A stretch of DNA of 64,000 nt, taken from assembly GCF_024298765.1 (NCBI RefSeq), contig NZ_CP101211.1. One strand, written 5' to 3'. Each line of letters starts with the position of its first letter. Positions within the stretch are counted from its first letter, which is position 1. Below, piece by piece: positions 40,500 through 52,130 of the stretch. The position numbers were made by a program, and so were the translations under genes. Below the pieces are notes generated by a model, which did no database searches, was not told where the DNA came from, and worked only from the letters and a program-made list of their open reading frames with translations. This DNA comes from Escherichia coli. GTDB lineage: Bacteria > Pseudomonadota > Gammaproteobacteria > Enterobacterales > Enterobacteriaceae.

Positions 40500-42920
40500 A
40501 TGAAACATCTCGCTTTTATTACTGCTGTAGCCGGACTCGGTATGTCTGTTCAGGCCCCAGCTCAGATATATGAATCGGCCTTTAAGGACACGAACGGTAT
40601 TGAGATCCACGCCCCGTCTTCTCGTCTTATGCTTAATCCGGCATCACCGGTAACTTTGACACTTATTTCAGGTCTTGATCGTTTCGTTAATGTCAAAGTC
40701 ACGAAAGACACTGGAACTGTCATTCTTAATACTACGACTACACGGACGGGTGTATCAGACCGACTAACAGCTGCTGACGGTAGTGAGTTCTACGGCAAAA
40801 AAGTAACTTTGCCTGCTTTGGGTGAAGGCAAATTTGTCGTTCAGATAAACGTGTTAGATCTCAATCAGAAGCCTGTAGCGACCTATAACTATAACTGGCT
40901 AATTGATGTCACCCCTCCAGCGGCAAATGCTCTTACCGCTAATACTGGTTCTGGCTCTACCGCTGGTGACGTGTGGAAGCTTGGATTAGAGGCAACGGGG
41001 CAGTATGACTTCACCTCTTCGGGCGTAAGTGATGCAAATGGTATTGATAAGGGCCTAATATATATTTACAGGCAGGACGGTAGCCTCTACAGCACTACAC
41101 AGATGCAGTATGACGTATCCGGCCAAAAGATGTACCACACTTACTCTAAGAATTCAGTTAAGGGAACCGGAATACCAGACAGCAACCTGGATGAAGACTT
41201 TACTGCAAAAGTTGTTATCTTCGATAACGCAGGTAATAGCCGAACGCTGCCAACTCAAAAATTTCGCTACGACAACACGCTGGGTGAGATGACACTGTGG
41301 GCCGTTCATGATCCAAATACGTCTTCCAGCGTCGTACCCGGGGTTTCTAATTATCCGGCTTACAAAGCCGGTATGGTCGTTAACGAAAACCCTATTCGAT
41401 TAGTCTACCGGATCCCAAAATCTAACTACCGTGCTTATTCAGAAGGTGGGCTTCAGTTCATCAATCAATATTCCGCCCCCAAAGAGATAGCTGTAGACAG
41501 CACTTATGCTTATGTTGAAATGACTCTTCCCTATGGCTCAATTAATGGGGATATGGCTCGTATGGCGAACTTTGGCCAGTGGGGAGGGTATTATCCGTCA
41601 TACAGCCTCGTTCTAAACCCATCTGCAAACCAAACGCCTGCATTTGCGGGTACCTGGGTAGATTTCCTCGATGATAAGGGGAACTGGGTTAAGTGGAAGG
41701 ATTTTGAGAGTGTGGCTTCATCACGACTGCCAATTAAAATTTCCCGACTTCGTTTTAACGTTGAAGCCCGGCCCTTTGCACAGGAGATCGGCGGTAAGGC
41801 GACCTGCACCATTCCGGCAGGAAAAACCTCGTGTGAAGCGCCTGAGACGTTTGATATGGCCTTGGGTACCCAGGGCTACAATAGAATCCTTTACTTCGTT
41901 CGCAGCATCAGCAATCCCATTTTGCGGTCTGAGCAATGGATTATGACACGCTGGAACAATAAACAACTGCCGGTAATAAACTCGATATCATATGACGAGA
42001 CTAACAAGCAGCTGGATGTACTGGCGTCACTTGAAGGCGATGGTAACTGGTTCGACTCGGTCTCATTGAGGGAATTTTATCTTTCCGATAAGAACACCGG
42101 TACCCGGATGTCACCAACAGGCGTAATCAAATCTCGTATCTCAGGTAACTACACGATTGCTTATGATTTATCCCGTCAGTCTGAAGGAAAATACAACGTT
42201 GAGGTCAACATCAGGGACTTCTTCCAGAACCAGACCAATAAAACTTTCGGAGAAATTGCTCTGGATAACACTCCTCCGACAGTGGCCATAACATTCGACG
42301 GAAAGCCGGTAAAAGACGATACGGTAGTGTACGGCCTGGAGAACCTCAGGATCGCTCTGGCAGATAATCTGACAACCCCGAGGATAACCCGTCTTCAGCT
42401 CGTAGGTGGCCCCACAGCTGATAACGTTGAGCTTACGTGGTCACCGGCAGGCAAAGATACATACATGCCTGAGTATCCGAGGCTGTTCCCAAATTTCGAA
42501 CCATCTGAAAATTATTCAATTAGCGTAACAGTTGCCGATAGTCAGTCGAATACCAAAACCTATACTCAGAAGTTCAGTTATCTACCGAATAACCTTGTGC
42601 AGTTACATAATCTACGCACATTGTCGGTCAGTTCACCTCTCAAAACGACAGATGGCGTACCACTTGCGTACCTGTCCACTAACGTTCTGCGTAAGACAAA
42701 TGGAGAAATTGCTAAAGGGGTCCAGAACGCAACGCTGACTGTGCGGAAGGATGCAGCCTTCGGTATTAAATTTAATGGGGCACAGGCGGCTCCAGGCGAG
42801 TCAGTTGAGGTGCAAATAGATATGGGCCAGGGGGATAATCTTCTGTTACCCGTTTATCCTTCCGAAAATGGGAAAGTTGGCACCTCAGAATTCATGATTC
42901 AGATCGACGAGTTGAAGTAA
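40500..42920 (+). CDS. secreted Ig-like repeat protein, paralog 2 (806 aa)
   Basis: signal peptide MKHLAFITAVAGLGMSVQA; D-x-T-P-P domain starts; C-terminus ~55% identical to paralog 3 by eye. Confidence 0.7.
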   Translation: MKHLAFITAVAGLGMSVQAPAQIYESAFKDTNGIEIHAPSSRLMLNPASPVTLTLISGLDRFVNVKVTKDTGTVILNTTTTRTGVSDRLTAADGSEFYGKKVTLPALGEGKFVVQINVLDLNQKPVATYNYNWLIDVTPPAANALTANTGSGSTAGDVWKLGLEATGQYDFTSSGVSDANGIDKGLIYIYRQDGSLYSTTQMQYDVSGQKMYHTYSKNSVKGTGIPDSNLDEDFTAKVVIFDNAGNSRTLPTQKFRYDNTLGEMTLWAVHDPNTSSSVVPGVSNYPAYKAGMVVNENPIRLVYRIPKSNYRAYSEGGLQFINQYSAPKEIAVDSTYAYVEMTLPYGSINGDMARMANFGQWGGYYPSYSLVLNPSANQTPAFAGTWVDFLDDKGNWVKWKDFESVASSRLPIKISRLRFNVEARPFAQEIGGKATCTIPAGKTSCEAPETFDMALGTQGYNRILYFVRSISNPILRSEQWIMTRWNNKQLPVINSISYDETNKQLDVLASLEGDGNWFDSVSLREFYLSDKNTGTRMSPTGVIKSRISGNYTIAYDLSRQSEGKYNVEVNIRDFFQNQTNKTFGEIALDNTPPTVAITFDGKPVKDDTVVYGLENLRIALADNLTTPRITRLQLVGGPTADNVELTWSPAGKDTYMPEYPRLFPNFEPSENYSISVTVADSQSNTKTYTQKFSYLPNNLVQLHNLRTLSVSSPLKTTDGVPLAYLSTNVLRKTNGEIAKGVQNATLTVRKDAAFGIKFNGAQAAPGESVEVQIDMGQGDNLLLPVYPSENGKVGTSEFMIQIDELK

Positions 42921-43022
42921 CTACCCGGAGCCGACAGTAAAACTGACGGCTTCAATTTTACTGCCCTCCTCGACTCCGATCAGCCAGTACGTCTTCAGAG
43001 ATTCGCAAGGAAGAACCGAAAG

Positions 43023-43034
43023 AAAAGTTACTTT
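43023..43034. promoter_or_regulatory. AAAAGTTACTTT palindrome copy (not upstream of a minus-strand gene start)
   Basis: lies 3' of paralog 2 and next to the iteron-like array. Confidence 0.4.
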
Positions 43035-43074
43035 AATCGTACGTTTCCAGCGATGCTTTCAAAAGACAATGCAT

Positions 43075-43377
43075 ACTCGTTGATTACGACAATGGGAGTG
43101 AGTGTCGAACCCCTTGAGTAAGGATACTTGGTAAATATACAGCCCCGGGGATTCTCTTCCTTCAACCGGGGATGACAACGGGAGTGAGTCCGGCAACTCA
43201 CACCTGTTGTCACTTCTCTGACATATCGTCATACGAGCTTACTCAAGCGCATCCACAAAGATGGGATCGTTTTGAATCTAAACTGGTACTGGTTAGCCAG
43301 TCACTTGCATCTACTCCCCCGTCGATATTTAAGTGACAATTGTAGTGATCTGCAATACTGGTGTCTCAGAAACACTG
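43075..43377. repeat. iteron-like palindrome repeats (left part of array split by IS)
   Basis: units such as ATGACAACGGGAGTGAGT...ACTCACACCTGTTGTCAC. Confidence 0.6.
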
Positions 43378-43421
43378 TGTTGTGGTCAAGTTTTTTTGGA
43401 CACGCCGATCAGATGGTAGGG

Positions 43422-44662
<1,241 letters not shown>

Positions 44663-44680
44663 TTAAATTTGACCACAACA

Positions 44681-46312
44681 CTGACGACGGTAGAGACTCA
44701 ATACCCTAACCCCTGACAACAGAAGTGAGCTTAGAGGTGTTACGCTGCTGTCACCTAATGCTTGGGAATTGCCTGACTCACAACCATTGTCATCCGGAGC
44801 TACTGATTAACGTTGAACCGCTGGACTTTAATGACAGTGGTAGTGATGGATAGGCTCATTTCCATTGTCGTCATTTTATCGGACAAGCCTCTTCGTCCTA
44901 CAGGTTTAAGCTGACAATGGTAGTGATTGGATGATCTCACTACTGTTGTCACTCAGTTCTTTGAGCGGACCCTTCCCTCGGTTGGTCGGCATTAACAACG
45001 GTAGTGACTCGATTGGCTCACTGCCATTGTCATCGTGTAAATGACGTACCTTATCAGCTCAGCTGAAAGCAATGACAACGGTAGTGACTCTAATTGCTCA
45101 CTGCCATTGTCGTCGTGTCTATTGAGAGCCTTATCAGTGCACCTGAAAAGCAATGACAACGGTAGTGACTCTAATTGCTCACTGCCATTGTCGTCGTGTC
45201 TATTGAGAGCCTTATCAGTGCACCTGAAAAGCAATGACAACGGTAGTGATTCTAATGGCTCACTACCGTTGTCACCGTGTGTATTGAGAGGATGGTCCAC
45301 TTAACTGGACGTATATGACAATGGTAGTGACTTTAATAGCTCACTACCATTGTCGGTGTGTGAATTGAGAGGATGAGCAGCTCAGCTGTACGTCCATGAC
45401 AATGGTAATGACTTAATGAGCTCACTACCGTTGTCACCCTGTTAATTAAGAGGCTCATCTGCTCTTCTGGAAGGCTATGACAACGGAAGTGACTTGCTGG
45501 GCTCACTGCCATTGTCGCCGTATGAATTGAGAGGATCATCCGCTCTTCTGGATGGCAATGACAACGGTAATGACTTAATAGGCTCACTACCATTGTCACC
45601 CTGTGAATTGAGAGGATGATCTGCTTAACCAGACGGCCATGACAACGGTAGTGACTTTCTGGGCTCAATACCGTTGTCACCCTGTGAGTTAAGAGGTTGA
45701 CCCGCTCTACTGGACGGCCATGACAACGGTAGTCACTTTCTGGGCTCACTACCGTTGTCACCCTGTGAGTTAAGAGGTTGACCCGCTCTACTGGACGGCC
45801 ATGACAACGGTAGTCACTTTCTGGGCTCACTACCGTTGTCGCCATATAGAATGAGAGGAGCATCAGCTCAACTGAACGGCAATGACTACAGTAATGAGCT
45901 GGATGAAGCATAACCATTGACATCTGGCCCAACCGGAAGCCGTATTCGCCAATCCAATCGAGATTCACAATGGCCGTGACTCGCCGCATTAAGTTCCGGT
46001 GTCCTCCCAAAGCTGAACGCACACTCGGAGGACAATGACAATGCCAGTAAGGTACACATCATTACCATTGTCACTATAGCTACCAGAGAAGCCGGGATTT
46101 GAATGTCGATGGTAGTGAGTGGGTCAACTCACTGCCATTGTCACCCCGTTACGATATTTTCCGTTGGATGTACTGGCCAATGAAGTAAAGCGTAGAAACC
46201 GGGTGTTAACAGGTGACTCAGGAGAAAGCGTTGAATTTCGCAATCTCGATCTACATAGGGTGGTAGAGAACAATGACAACGGTAATGACTTTTGACTCAT
46301 TACCGTTGACGT
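44681..46312. repeat. tandem array of about 20 x 81-bp repeats, each with an inverted pair of iteron-like 15-mers (TGACAACGGTAGTGA / TCACTACCGTTGTCA)
   Basis: exact 81-bp periodicity visible (e.g. 45069, 45150, 45231); adjacent units identical or near-identical. Confidence 0.85.
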
Positions 46313-46385
46313 GAAAGAGCGGGCTGGGACTAACGAAAATCGAAGAAGTAATTTAGCACCCGGAGCCTAAACCGCCGGGTTAACT

Positions 46386-47474
46386 TTAGCTGGCGTTGCT
46401 GTTCTTTTTCTGGCTTCGAAGACTACGAATATAGCGCAGTTCTTCAGCGGTTAAATCATGGACGGTAAGAACATCATCGCCGTCAATCGGGTCAGCTGGT
46501 GGGCATAACTCACCTTCTAAAACAGAAGACCCTGAGTTCTCTTCTTCATCTTCAACCACTTCTAAAGGAGGCTGAGTATTGTTCAAATTCAGATCGGGAT
46601 CCCGCTTATGAATCTGGAAGTATACTTTTCCGTCTTTCTTAATTTCGGTGTACTTGAGGTATCCTATCGATGCCAACTCTTCAAGAGCCTTTCTCACGGT
46701 AGCATTCTGACTATTTGCTCGTGTTTTGAGGTTCAGACGATTTTTCAGCCGAGTAAGGGATATCGGTATAGGATTTGGCGGTAATGACTCTATGAACGTA
46801 TAGAGAGCCTGGGCGCTTTCCTTCTTGGCCAACTCCTTAATTGCCTTCAGCTGCATCAAAACCTTATGATCGTATTGATAGAGCTCGAAAATCTTAGGAT
46901 CAACCTGAAGGACAACCTGATCTGATTCCGGGTCTAACAGGGCAGACTGTACCAGATGCGTTGTATAGACTTTGGACGAGTTATTACTGGTGAACGACAA
47001 GGTAACGGATGCTAACCTGCGTAAGGAGGCGTCTATACGTTTTCTGGACGCTGTAGATGAGCGATAATTTTCAGGCGTACATAGCTTGAGGAATTCAGTG
47101 AATTTTAAGCTTATCGTGTCATTGTTAATCGGATGATTGGCATAGGTTCGAATGATGCCCATCCACGTCTTAAAATCTACTGACATATTAAGACGCTCAC
47201 CGACAATTGAAATATTGGTGAACCCCTCGCTCTCCATTAAAGAGAGCGTCTGTAACTCTTTCGTTGCGTCAAAGCCAACCGTTTTATATTCCCGATTTTG
47301 ACGCCCCACACTCTTTGGTGATGGGACGAACAGCCCGAGCCGCATCAAAGCAATAGACTGCACCGTACGGTTGCTGTTAGGACGCAAAATGATGTCTTTA
47401 CCTGATTCTTTCTCTCTAACAGAGAAAGCCCTGGTGACCAGGTCCTGCTGCTCAGTATCTTTCTCTTTAGTCAT
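46386..47474 (-). CDS. repA: RepFIB-family replication initiator RepA (362 aa)
   Basis: ESAQALYTFIESLP.P.PISL.RL..RLNLK and N-terminal NTVQ..ALMRLG.FVP match RepFIB/P1-type RepA; flanked by iterons. Confidence 0.85.
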   Translation of the reverse strand: MTKEKDTEQQDLVTRAFSVREKESGKDIILRPNSNRTVQSIALMRLGLFVPSPKSVGRQNREYKTVGFDATKELQTLSLMESEGFTNISIVGERLNMSVDFKTWMGIIRTYANHPINNDTISLKFTEFLKLCTPENYRSSTASRKRIDASLRRLASVTLSFTSNNSSKVYTTHLVQSALLDPESDQVVLQVDPKIFELYQYDHKVLMQLKAIKELAKKESAQALYTFIESLPPNPIPISLTRLKNRLNLKTRANSQNATVRKALEELASIGYLKYTEIKKDGKVYFQIHKRDPDLNLNNTQPPLEVVEDEEENSGSSVLEGELCPPADPIDGDDVLTVHDLTAEELRYIRSLRSQKKNSNAS

Positions 47475-47599
47475 AATAAGTTATCACTGAATGTGTAAAC
47501 AGATTGGTGAATAGTAAGCCCCAGCGAACTCTATGTCACTGGATGGATCATTGTGATGATCCATATCTGTGCATAAGTTCTACCTAAAAAAACGACTCC

Positions 47600-48250
47600 A
47601 CTCATTAAAACTTGGCAAAAACTCTTTGCATACAATGACCTGCAACTCTTATCAACAACGGATCAGATCAAGTTAAAAAGATCTAATGAAAAGTCACTAC
47701 TATTGTCGCTCTGATCACTACTGATGTCAAAAAACTCATTACCAACGTTATAATAATCACTACTAATGTCAAAATAATCACTACTGTTGTCACTGATCAC
47801 GTCTCAGGCCTTGTGCCGTCTGGCCTGGAGGCAGCGGGGATCTCTTTTGATCTATCAGGAACACTAAGGTACTAATTATTGGAACTACCTTGTGGAAAAT
47901 GGGGATAAATAAATGCTTAGTTCTTATACAGGTCTCAACTTGCCTCCCTGATAAAAACTGTCGTCAAAGCTAAATCACAGCCACAGGCATTTTCGGTGGA
48001 TAAATTTTTGAGAAATAGAAGCATACATGCAGACTCGTGTCGCAAGTAATTGAAAGTAATGATTTATTTAAATAATGCGAGTCACCTTACCTCACAGTGG
48101 AAGTTTAAGTCTAACCTCACTACCATTGTCACTTAAAATCATTACCAACGTCGAAATAGTCTCTACCATTGTCTTTTAAGTCACTCCCGTTGTCACTTAT
48201 GTCGCTACTGTTGTCAGTGACAATGCTCCAGCCCAGTAACCATGCGGCCT
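47600..48250. other. putative iteron-type replication origin
   Basis: two sets of ~5 direct iterons (TCACTACYRTTGTCA, ~21-23 bp spacing) at 47693-47800 and 48116-48228; GATC cluster at 47661-47690; AT-rich spacer. Confidence 0.6.
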
Positions 48251-48452
48251 ACAGCGTACCGGGATCTTCTTTGTACTCTCTGGCACCTTTGGGATCATTT
48301 ATTGGATCTACATGAGGGATAAAATCTTTTGACGATTTCGTAGTGCAGTTATACCAGCGACTTAGCAAGACAAAAGCTGCAATTTAGTGACGAGTTACTA
48401 GTCTGCCCAACAAGAGCAATGCAGAGAAGATATGTGGTGAAATGACCATGGT

Positions 48453-48486
48453 AGTGAGTCTAATCACTACCATGGTCCGCAGTAAG
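48453..48486. promoter_or_regulatory. perfect inverted repeat GACCATGGTAGTGA-N6-TCACTACCATGGTC (iteron-like palindrome)
   Basis: 14-bp arms; sequence related to iterons. Confidence 0.45.
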
Positions 48487-48581
48487 CGTTACTTACGCAA
48501 TGAACGTCGGACTGATTTGCAACAACATGGGCTACGGCGCATCAGAAGGCGGCCGTTGTGCTTCAGCAAAACAGCCCTGCT

Positions 48582-51038
48582 TTATTTTAATTCTTCAATG
48601 TTAATCATGAACTCAGATCTGCCAGTAAGGCCGGATACAGCAGGGAAAATAGGAAAGCTACGGCTGTCCCCGAGCCCCAAATCCAGTTGAAGCTCTTTGC
48701 TTTCACCTGGCATCGCAGAAACGCCATTTACAGTCACGCCGAATGCAGCGTCCTTACGGACAGTAAGCACTGCGTCCTGAAGCCCTGTAGCGATTGAACC
48801 ATCCTTTTTACGCAGCTGGCTGGCATACAGAACAGCCAGAGCAGTATTGTCAGATGTTTTGAGAGAAGCATTGACAGCTAAGGTTTTCAGATTCTCTAGC
48901 CTGACGAGATTGTTTGGAAGGTAGTTAAATTCGACTGAGCTTTCTTTAACGTTGTTCATCTCATCTTTGGCCTGAACTGTGAGAGTGTATGTTTCGCCTT
49001 CATTAAGAGACGGAAAGATCTTGGGATAATTAGGTGCATACAGGTTGTTTCCCAGATTCACCCAAGACAATTCCACCGCATCAGAAACAGGGCCACCGCG
49101 AAGAGTCATACGGCTTAAGGATGGTTTAGTTAGAGCATCGGTGAGCTGTATACGGACGTTCTCCAGCCCATATACTGTTACGTTTTTGCTGATCGGTTTT
49201 CCTTCGTAGCTAATACTTACAGATGGTGCTGTATTATCAACGACAACTGTTTGATAAGGGAGGTTACCGGTATTGTTGAATGTATCTTGGGCATTAATCA
49301 CCACGTTATAACTGCCTTCTGGTACCTCTTTCATGTTGAACTCATACGTGTAGTTCCCAGACGCCATATTTCTACCTGTTTGTTTGCCGGTTACGCTTAT
49401 TTCTGCGTTGTTACGGTTTTTATCTGACAACCAAACTCGATTTACATAAACATGGTCGAAATATGAACCATCTCCAGGTTGATTCACGTAAACCTGGAGA
49501 ATGTTGGTGGTTTCATTGTAATCAAATCCAGTGACGGAGGGACCCAGTGTATGCCAGGCTATATTCTCCCATATAGGGGCAAAGAAGGTTGCTTCGGTGG
49601 TTGACCTTACTTCATAGCCACTATGAAGATAACCGGTAGTGCCATTTATAATATCCTGGGGCAAAGAGACGGTACAGGTTGTTGAGCCAGCTGGAATACT
49701 GCATGTTGCTCCGCCAGTGATTTTTTGATCATATGGCCTGGCCTGTACATTGAATCGGATATTAGTAAGTTTTATAGGCATATCAGATGCCTTGAACAGG
49801 TTCCAGTTTACGCTGTTGAACCATGTTCCATCAGCCTTTTGTCGTTCTATGGGTGAACTTCCCCAAGCCGGACTCTTTACAGAGGCAGGATCCCAGTTGA
49901 GCCAGCTGGCATACTGACCAAGATCTCCTCCAGACCATTGATATGTATTCACAGGTCTATAGTAGTTTCCATCTAAGGCACCCTGTGGCAGCTTAACTTC
50001 CACGTAGACATAGGTGGCATCTTCGGAAAGGACCTGTACTCCGCCATAGTTATTGGTAATGCTCATGCCACCATTTCGATATGGCTTCCAGTTAGTTCTT
50101 GGGATACGTATAACCAACTTGTAGGGGTTTTCCAGCACTGTAAGGCCTCGTTTAAACGGGACGTATCCCGAAGAAATGCCGGGTACAACACTGGTGCTTA
50201 CACGTGAGTCATGAACTGCAAATGGCGTAAATTCTCCCATTTGATCGTCATATAAAAACCGCTGGGGAGGAATGTTAAGCGTATTTCCTGCCAGGTCCGT
50301 AACGATGAAATTGAAGGTGAATTCTTCATCAAGATCACTTGAGGGCATGCCAGCCTGGGTGTTCATATCTTTAATCCACGGATAGAACGCACGTTTATTG
50401 GCTGTGTCATAACTCAGGTTATTGTCGGAGACCACAGAACCATTACTTCGTTTAATGACAAGACGGATCTTGTCAATTCCACTAGCATCCTCAATACCGT
50501 CTGCAAATATAGAAAACTGGCCACTACCGCCTCGGCCCAACTCCCAAAGTGGCCCAGAAAGTACCATGTCGTAACCTGCGTTTTGACTCGGATAAATACT
50601 CTTATAGCGTGGAGGAGTTGTATCAACGATGAAATGATAAGTAGATGTGCTCACTACAGTCTGGCGAATATCCAGAGTTTCATTGACTACAGTAAAGGTC
50701 CCTTCTCCGAGCGCCGGTAGAACCATATCCTTTCCATAGTATTCTGTTCCATCGGCAGCAACGATACGATCTGCAACGCTCGTTTTGGTCGAGACGGAGG
50801 AATACATAACCTTTTTATCGCTGTCTCGTGTGACCGTCACTCGCTCGTACCGATCAAGACCCGATATCAAGTTCAGAGTCAAAACACCAGCGGGATTAAG
50901 ATATGTTTGTGTTGCAGGTTTGATATTCCGAACAGCCTTATTGGTATCTGTAAATGAGTAGCTAAATACCTGAGCATGTGCCGAAGATACAGTAGCAAGG
51001 GCAGTTGCAACCATGCAGCCAATTAGAGTTTTACGCAT
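48582..51038 (-). CDS. secreted Ig-like repeat protein, paralog 3 (818 aa)
   Basis: signal peptide MRKTLIGCMVATALATVSSAHA; D-x-T-P-P domain starts; two palindrome copies upstream. Confidence 0.7.
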   Translation of the reverse strand: MRKTLIGCMVATALATVSSAHAQVFSYSFTDTNKAVRNIKPATQTYLNPAGVLTLNLISGLDRYERVTVTRDSDKKVMYSSVSTKTSVADRIVAADGTEYYGKDMVLPALGEGTFTVVNETLDIRQTVVSTSTYHFIVDTTPPRYKSIYPSQNAGYDMVLSGPLWELGRGGSGQFSIFADGIEDASGIDKIRLVIKRSNGSVVSDNNLSYDTANKRAFYPWIKDMNTQAGMPSSDLDEEFTFNFIVTDLAGNTLNIPPQRFLYDDQMGEFTPFAVHDSRVSTSVVPGISSGYVPFKRGLTVLENPYKLVIRIPRTNWKPYRNGGMSITNNYGGVQVLSEDATYVYVEVKLPQGALDGNYYRPVNTYQWSGGDLGQYASWLNWDPASVKSPAWGSSPIERQKADGTWFNSVNWNLFKASDMPIKLTNIRFNVQARPYDQKITGGATCSIPAGSTTCTVSLPQDIINGTTGYLHSGYEVRSTTEATFFAPIWENIAWHTLGPSVTGFDYNETTNILQVYVNQPGDGSYFDHVYVNRVWLSDKNRNNAEISVTGKQTGRNMASGNYTYEFNMKEVPEGSYNVVINAQDTFNNTGNLPYQTVVVDNTAPSVSISYEGKPISKNVTVYGLENVRIQLTDALTKPSLSRMTLRGGPVSDAVELSWVNLGNNLYAPNYPKIFPSLNEGETYTLTVQAKDEMNNVKESSVEFNYLPNNLVRLENLKTLAVNASLKTSDNTALAVLYASQLRKKDGSIATGLQDAVLTVRKDAAFGVTVNGVSAMPGESKELQLDLGLGDSRSFPIFPAVSGLTGRSEFMINIEELK

Positions 51039-51193
51039 ATGATGCTCCGGGAATAGGTTATAGCCTTATTCTACGGATTCAGCCTACAAGGTCCGGTCGG
51101 ATAAAGTGATAATTTGCCTGTTAAAAGAGACATCAAGTGAGAAAGCAACCAACGTACAGAATGCAAAATGGCGGCAGTGCATCTGGATGACGC

Positions 51194-51207
51194 AAAAGTA
51201 ACTTTTT
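51194..51207. promoter_or_regulatory. AAAAGTAACTTTTT palindrome copy
   Basis: ~155 bp upstream of paralog 3. Confidence 0.5.
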
Positions 51208-51258
51208 GTATCCACTTTTTTGGATTTTAGCCTTCAAAATGAGTATTCAACCAATCAT

Positions 51259-51271
51259 AAAAGTAACTTTT
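51259..51271. promoter_or_regulatory. AAAAGTAACTTTT palindrome copy followed by TGATAG
   Basis: ~220 bp upstream of paralog 3. Confidence 0.5.
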
Positions 51272-51410
51272 GATAGACGCTGCTCCTTTATGTTTGCCAA
51301 TTGTGCTGATATGTTTGTAAATTCAAGGAAGCGAGATTTTAAAAGCATCTGTTGAGTCAAATTTATGTAAAATAACAGGGAAACCATCACTTCTAGGTTG
51401 AGGAAACCCA

Positions 51411-52037
51411 ATGTTATACATGCTCTTATGCTGTTTTCTGATGCTCAACAGTACATTCGTTATGTTCAGAGCAATGTCTGCAATAAGTAAAGGATCCGCT
51501 AAAGAAAACCGGTCTGAAATATCGCTGATAGTCCTAGCAACACTTGGAATCGCATCACCATTCATTGTCGCAATGATTACTATTAATGAAAGTATGACAT
51601 CTAAAACAGTAACAGATTTTTCTTTGGGTGCTCAGTGGTACGGAATGGTTTCAGCGGTAGCGCTAATGGGGTTATATGCTCGACGCGTTTGGAAAGAGAA
51701 GAAGTCCTTATTTACTGGCGCTTTCCTGGCCTCTTCCTTAATGGCCTTTATTTTTACTGACAGCCTTGTTTTCGTATCCCAGAAGGACACCGGCGTTCTG
51801 GCTACTTTCGTACTCGATAAAAACGCTGGAGATATTGATTGTAGTCGCCCGGCTATGATTGTCCATTACAGTAAAGGTGTTCCAACGGACTGGCGTTGCC
51901 CAACCAGTATCATGTTGATGGCGTATTCTTCATATCCTTTTTTACCCTGGCCTGAGTATAGCCATGGTACCAGCCAGTCTCTTACGGTTGTTATTGATAC
52001 ATTTATGGAAAACGCTGTTAATCTCAGCCAAAAATAA
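51411..52037 (+). CDS. integral membrane protein (208 aa)
   Basis: multiple hydrophobic segments; followed by terminator. Confidence 0.5.
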   Translation: MLYMLLCCFLMLNSTFVMFRAMSAISKGSAKENRSEISLIVLATLGIASPFIVAMITINESMTSKTVTDFSLGAQWYGMVSAVALMGLYARRVWKEKKSLFTGAFLASSLMAFIFTDSLVFVSQKDTGVLATFVLDKNAGDIDCSRPAMIVHYSKGVPTDWRCPTSIMLMAYSSYPFLPWPEYSHGTSQSLTVVIDTFMENAVNLSQK

Positions 52038-52043
52038 AAAATA

Positions 52044-52068
52044 AACCTCACTAGTGAGAGGTTTTATA
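52044..52068 (+). terminator. intrinsic terminator
   Basis: stem AACCTCACTAGTGAGAGGTT followed by TTAT. Confidence 0.5.
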
Positions 52069-52130
52069 AACCTGAGCCACCAATCTAATTAACTCTATAT
52101 TTTTGTTTTAGCTTTTTTAAAGATAGACTT

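Noticed and set aside
40800-40812. Copy of AAAAGTAACTTT inside the coding sequence of secreted paralog 2
   Set aside because: It lies within a conserved coding segment (KKVTLPAL) and lacks the extended flanks; most likely coincidental.
44992-46074. Long ORFs inside the 81-bp repeat array (44992..45300, 45041..45304, 45333..46022, 45886..46074)
   Set aside because: Their repetitive amino-acid sequences simply mirror the DNA tandem repeat and occur on both strands; they are artefacts of the repeats, not genes.
44681-46312. Possible CRISPR array
   Set aside because: The 81-bp periodic units contain internal inverted repeats and diverge gradually as whole units, with no constant repeat alternating with unique spacers, and no cas genes are present; they are iteron-like tandem repeats.
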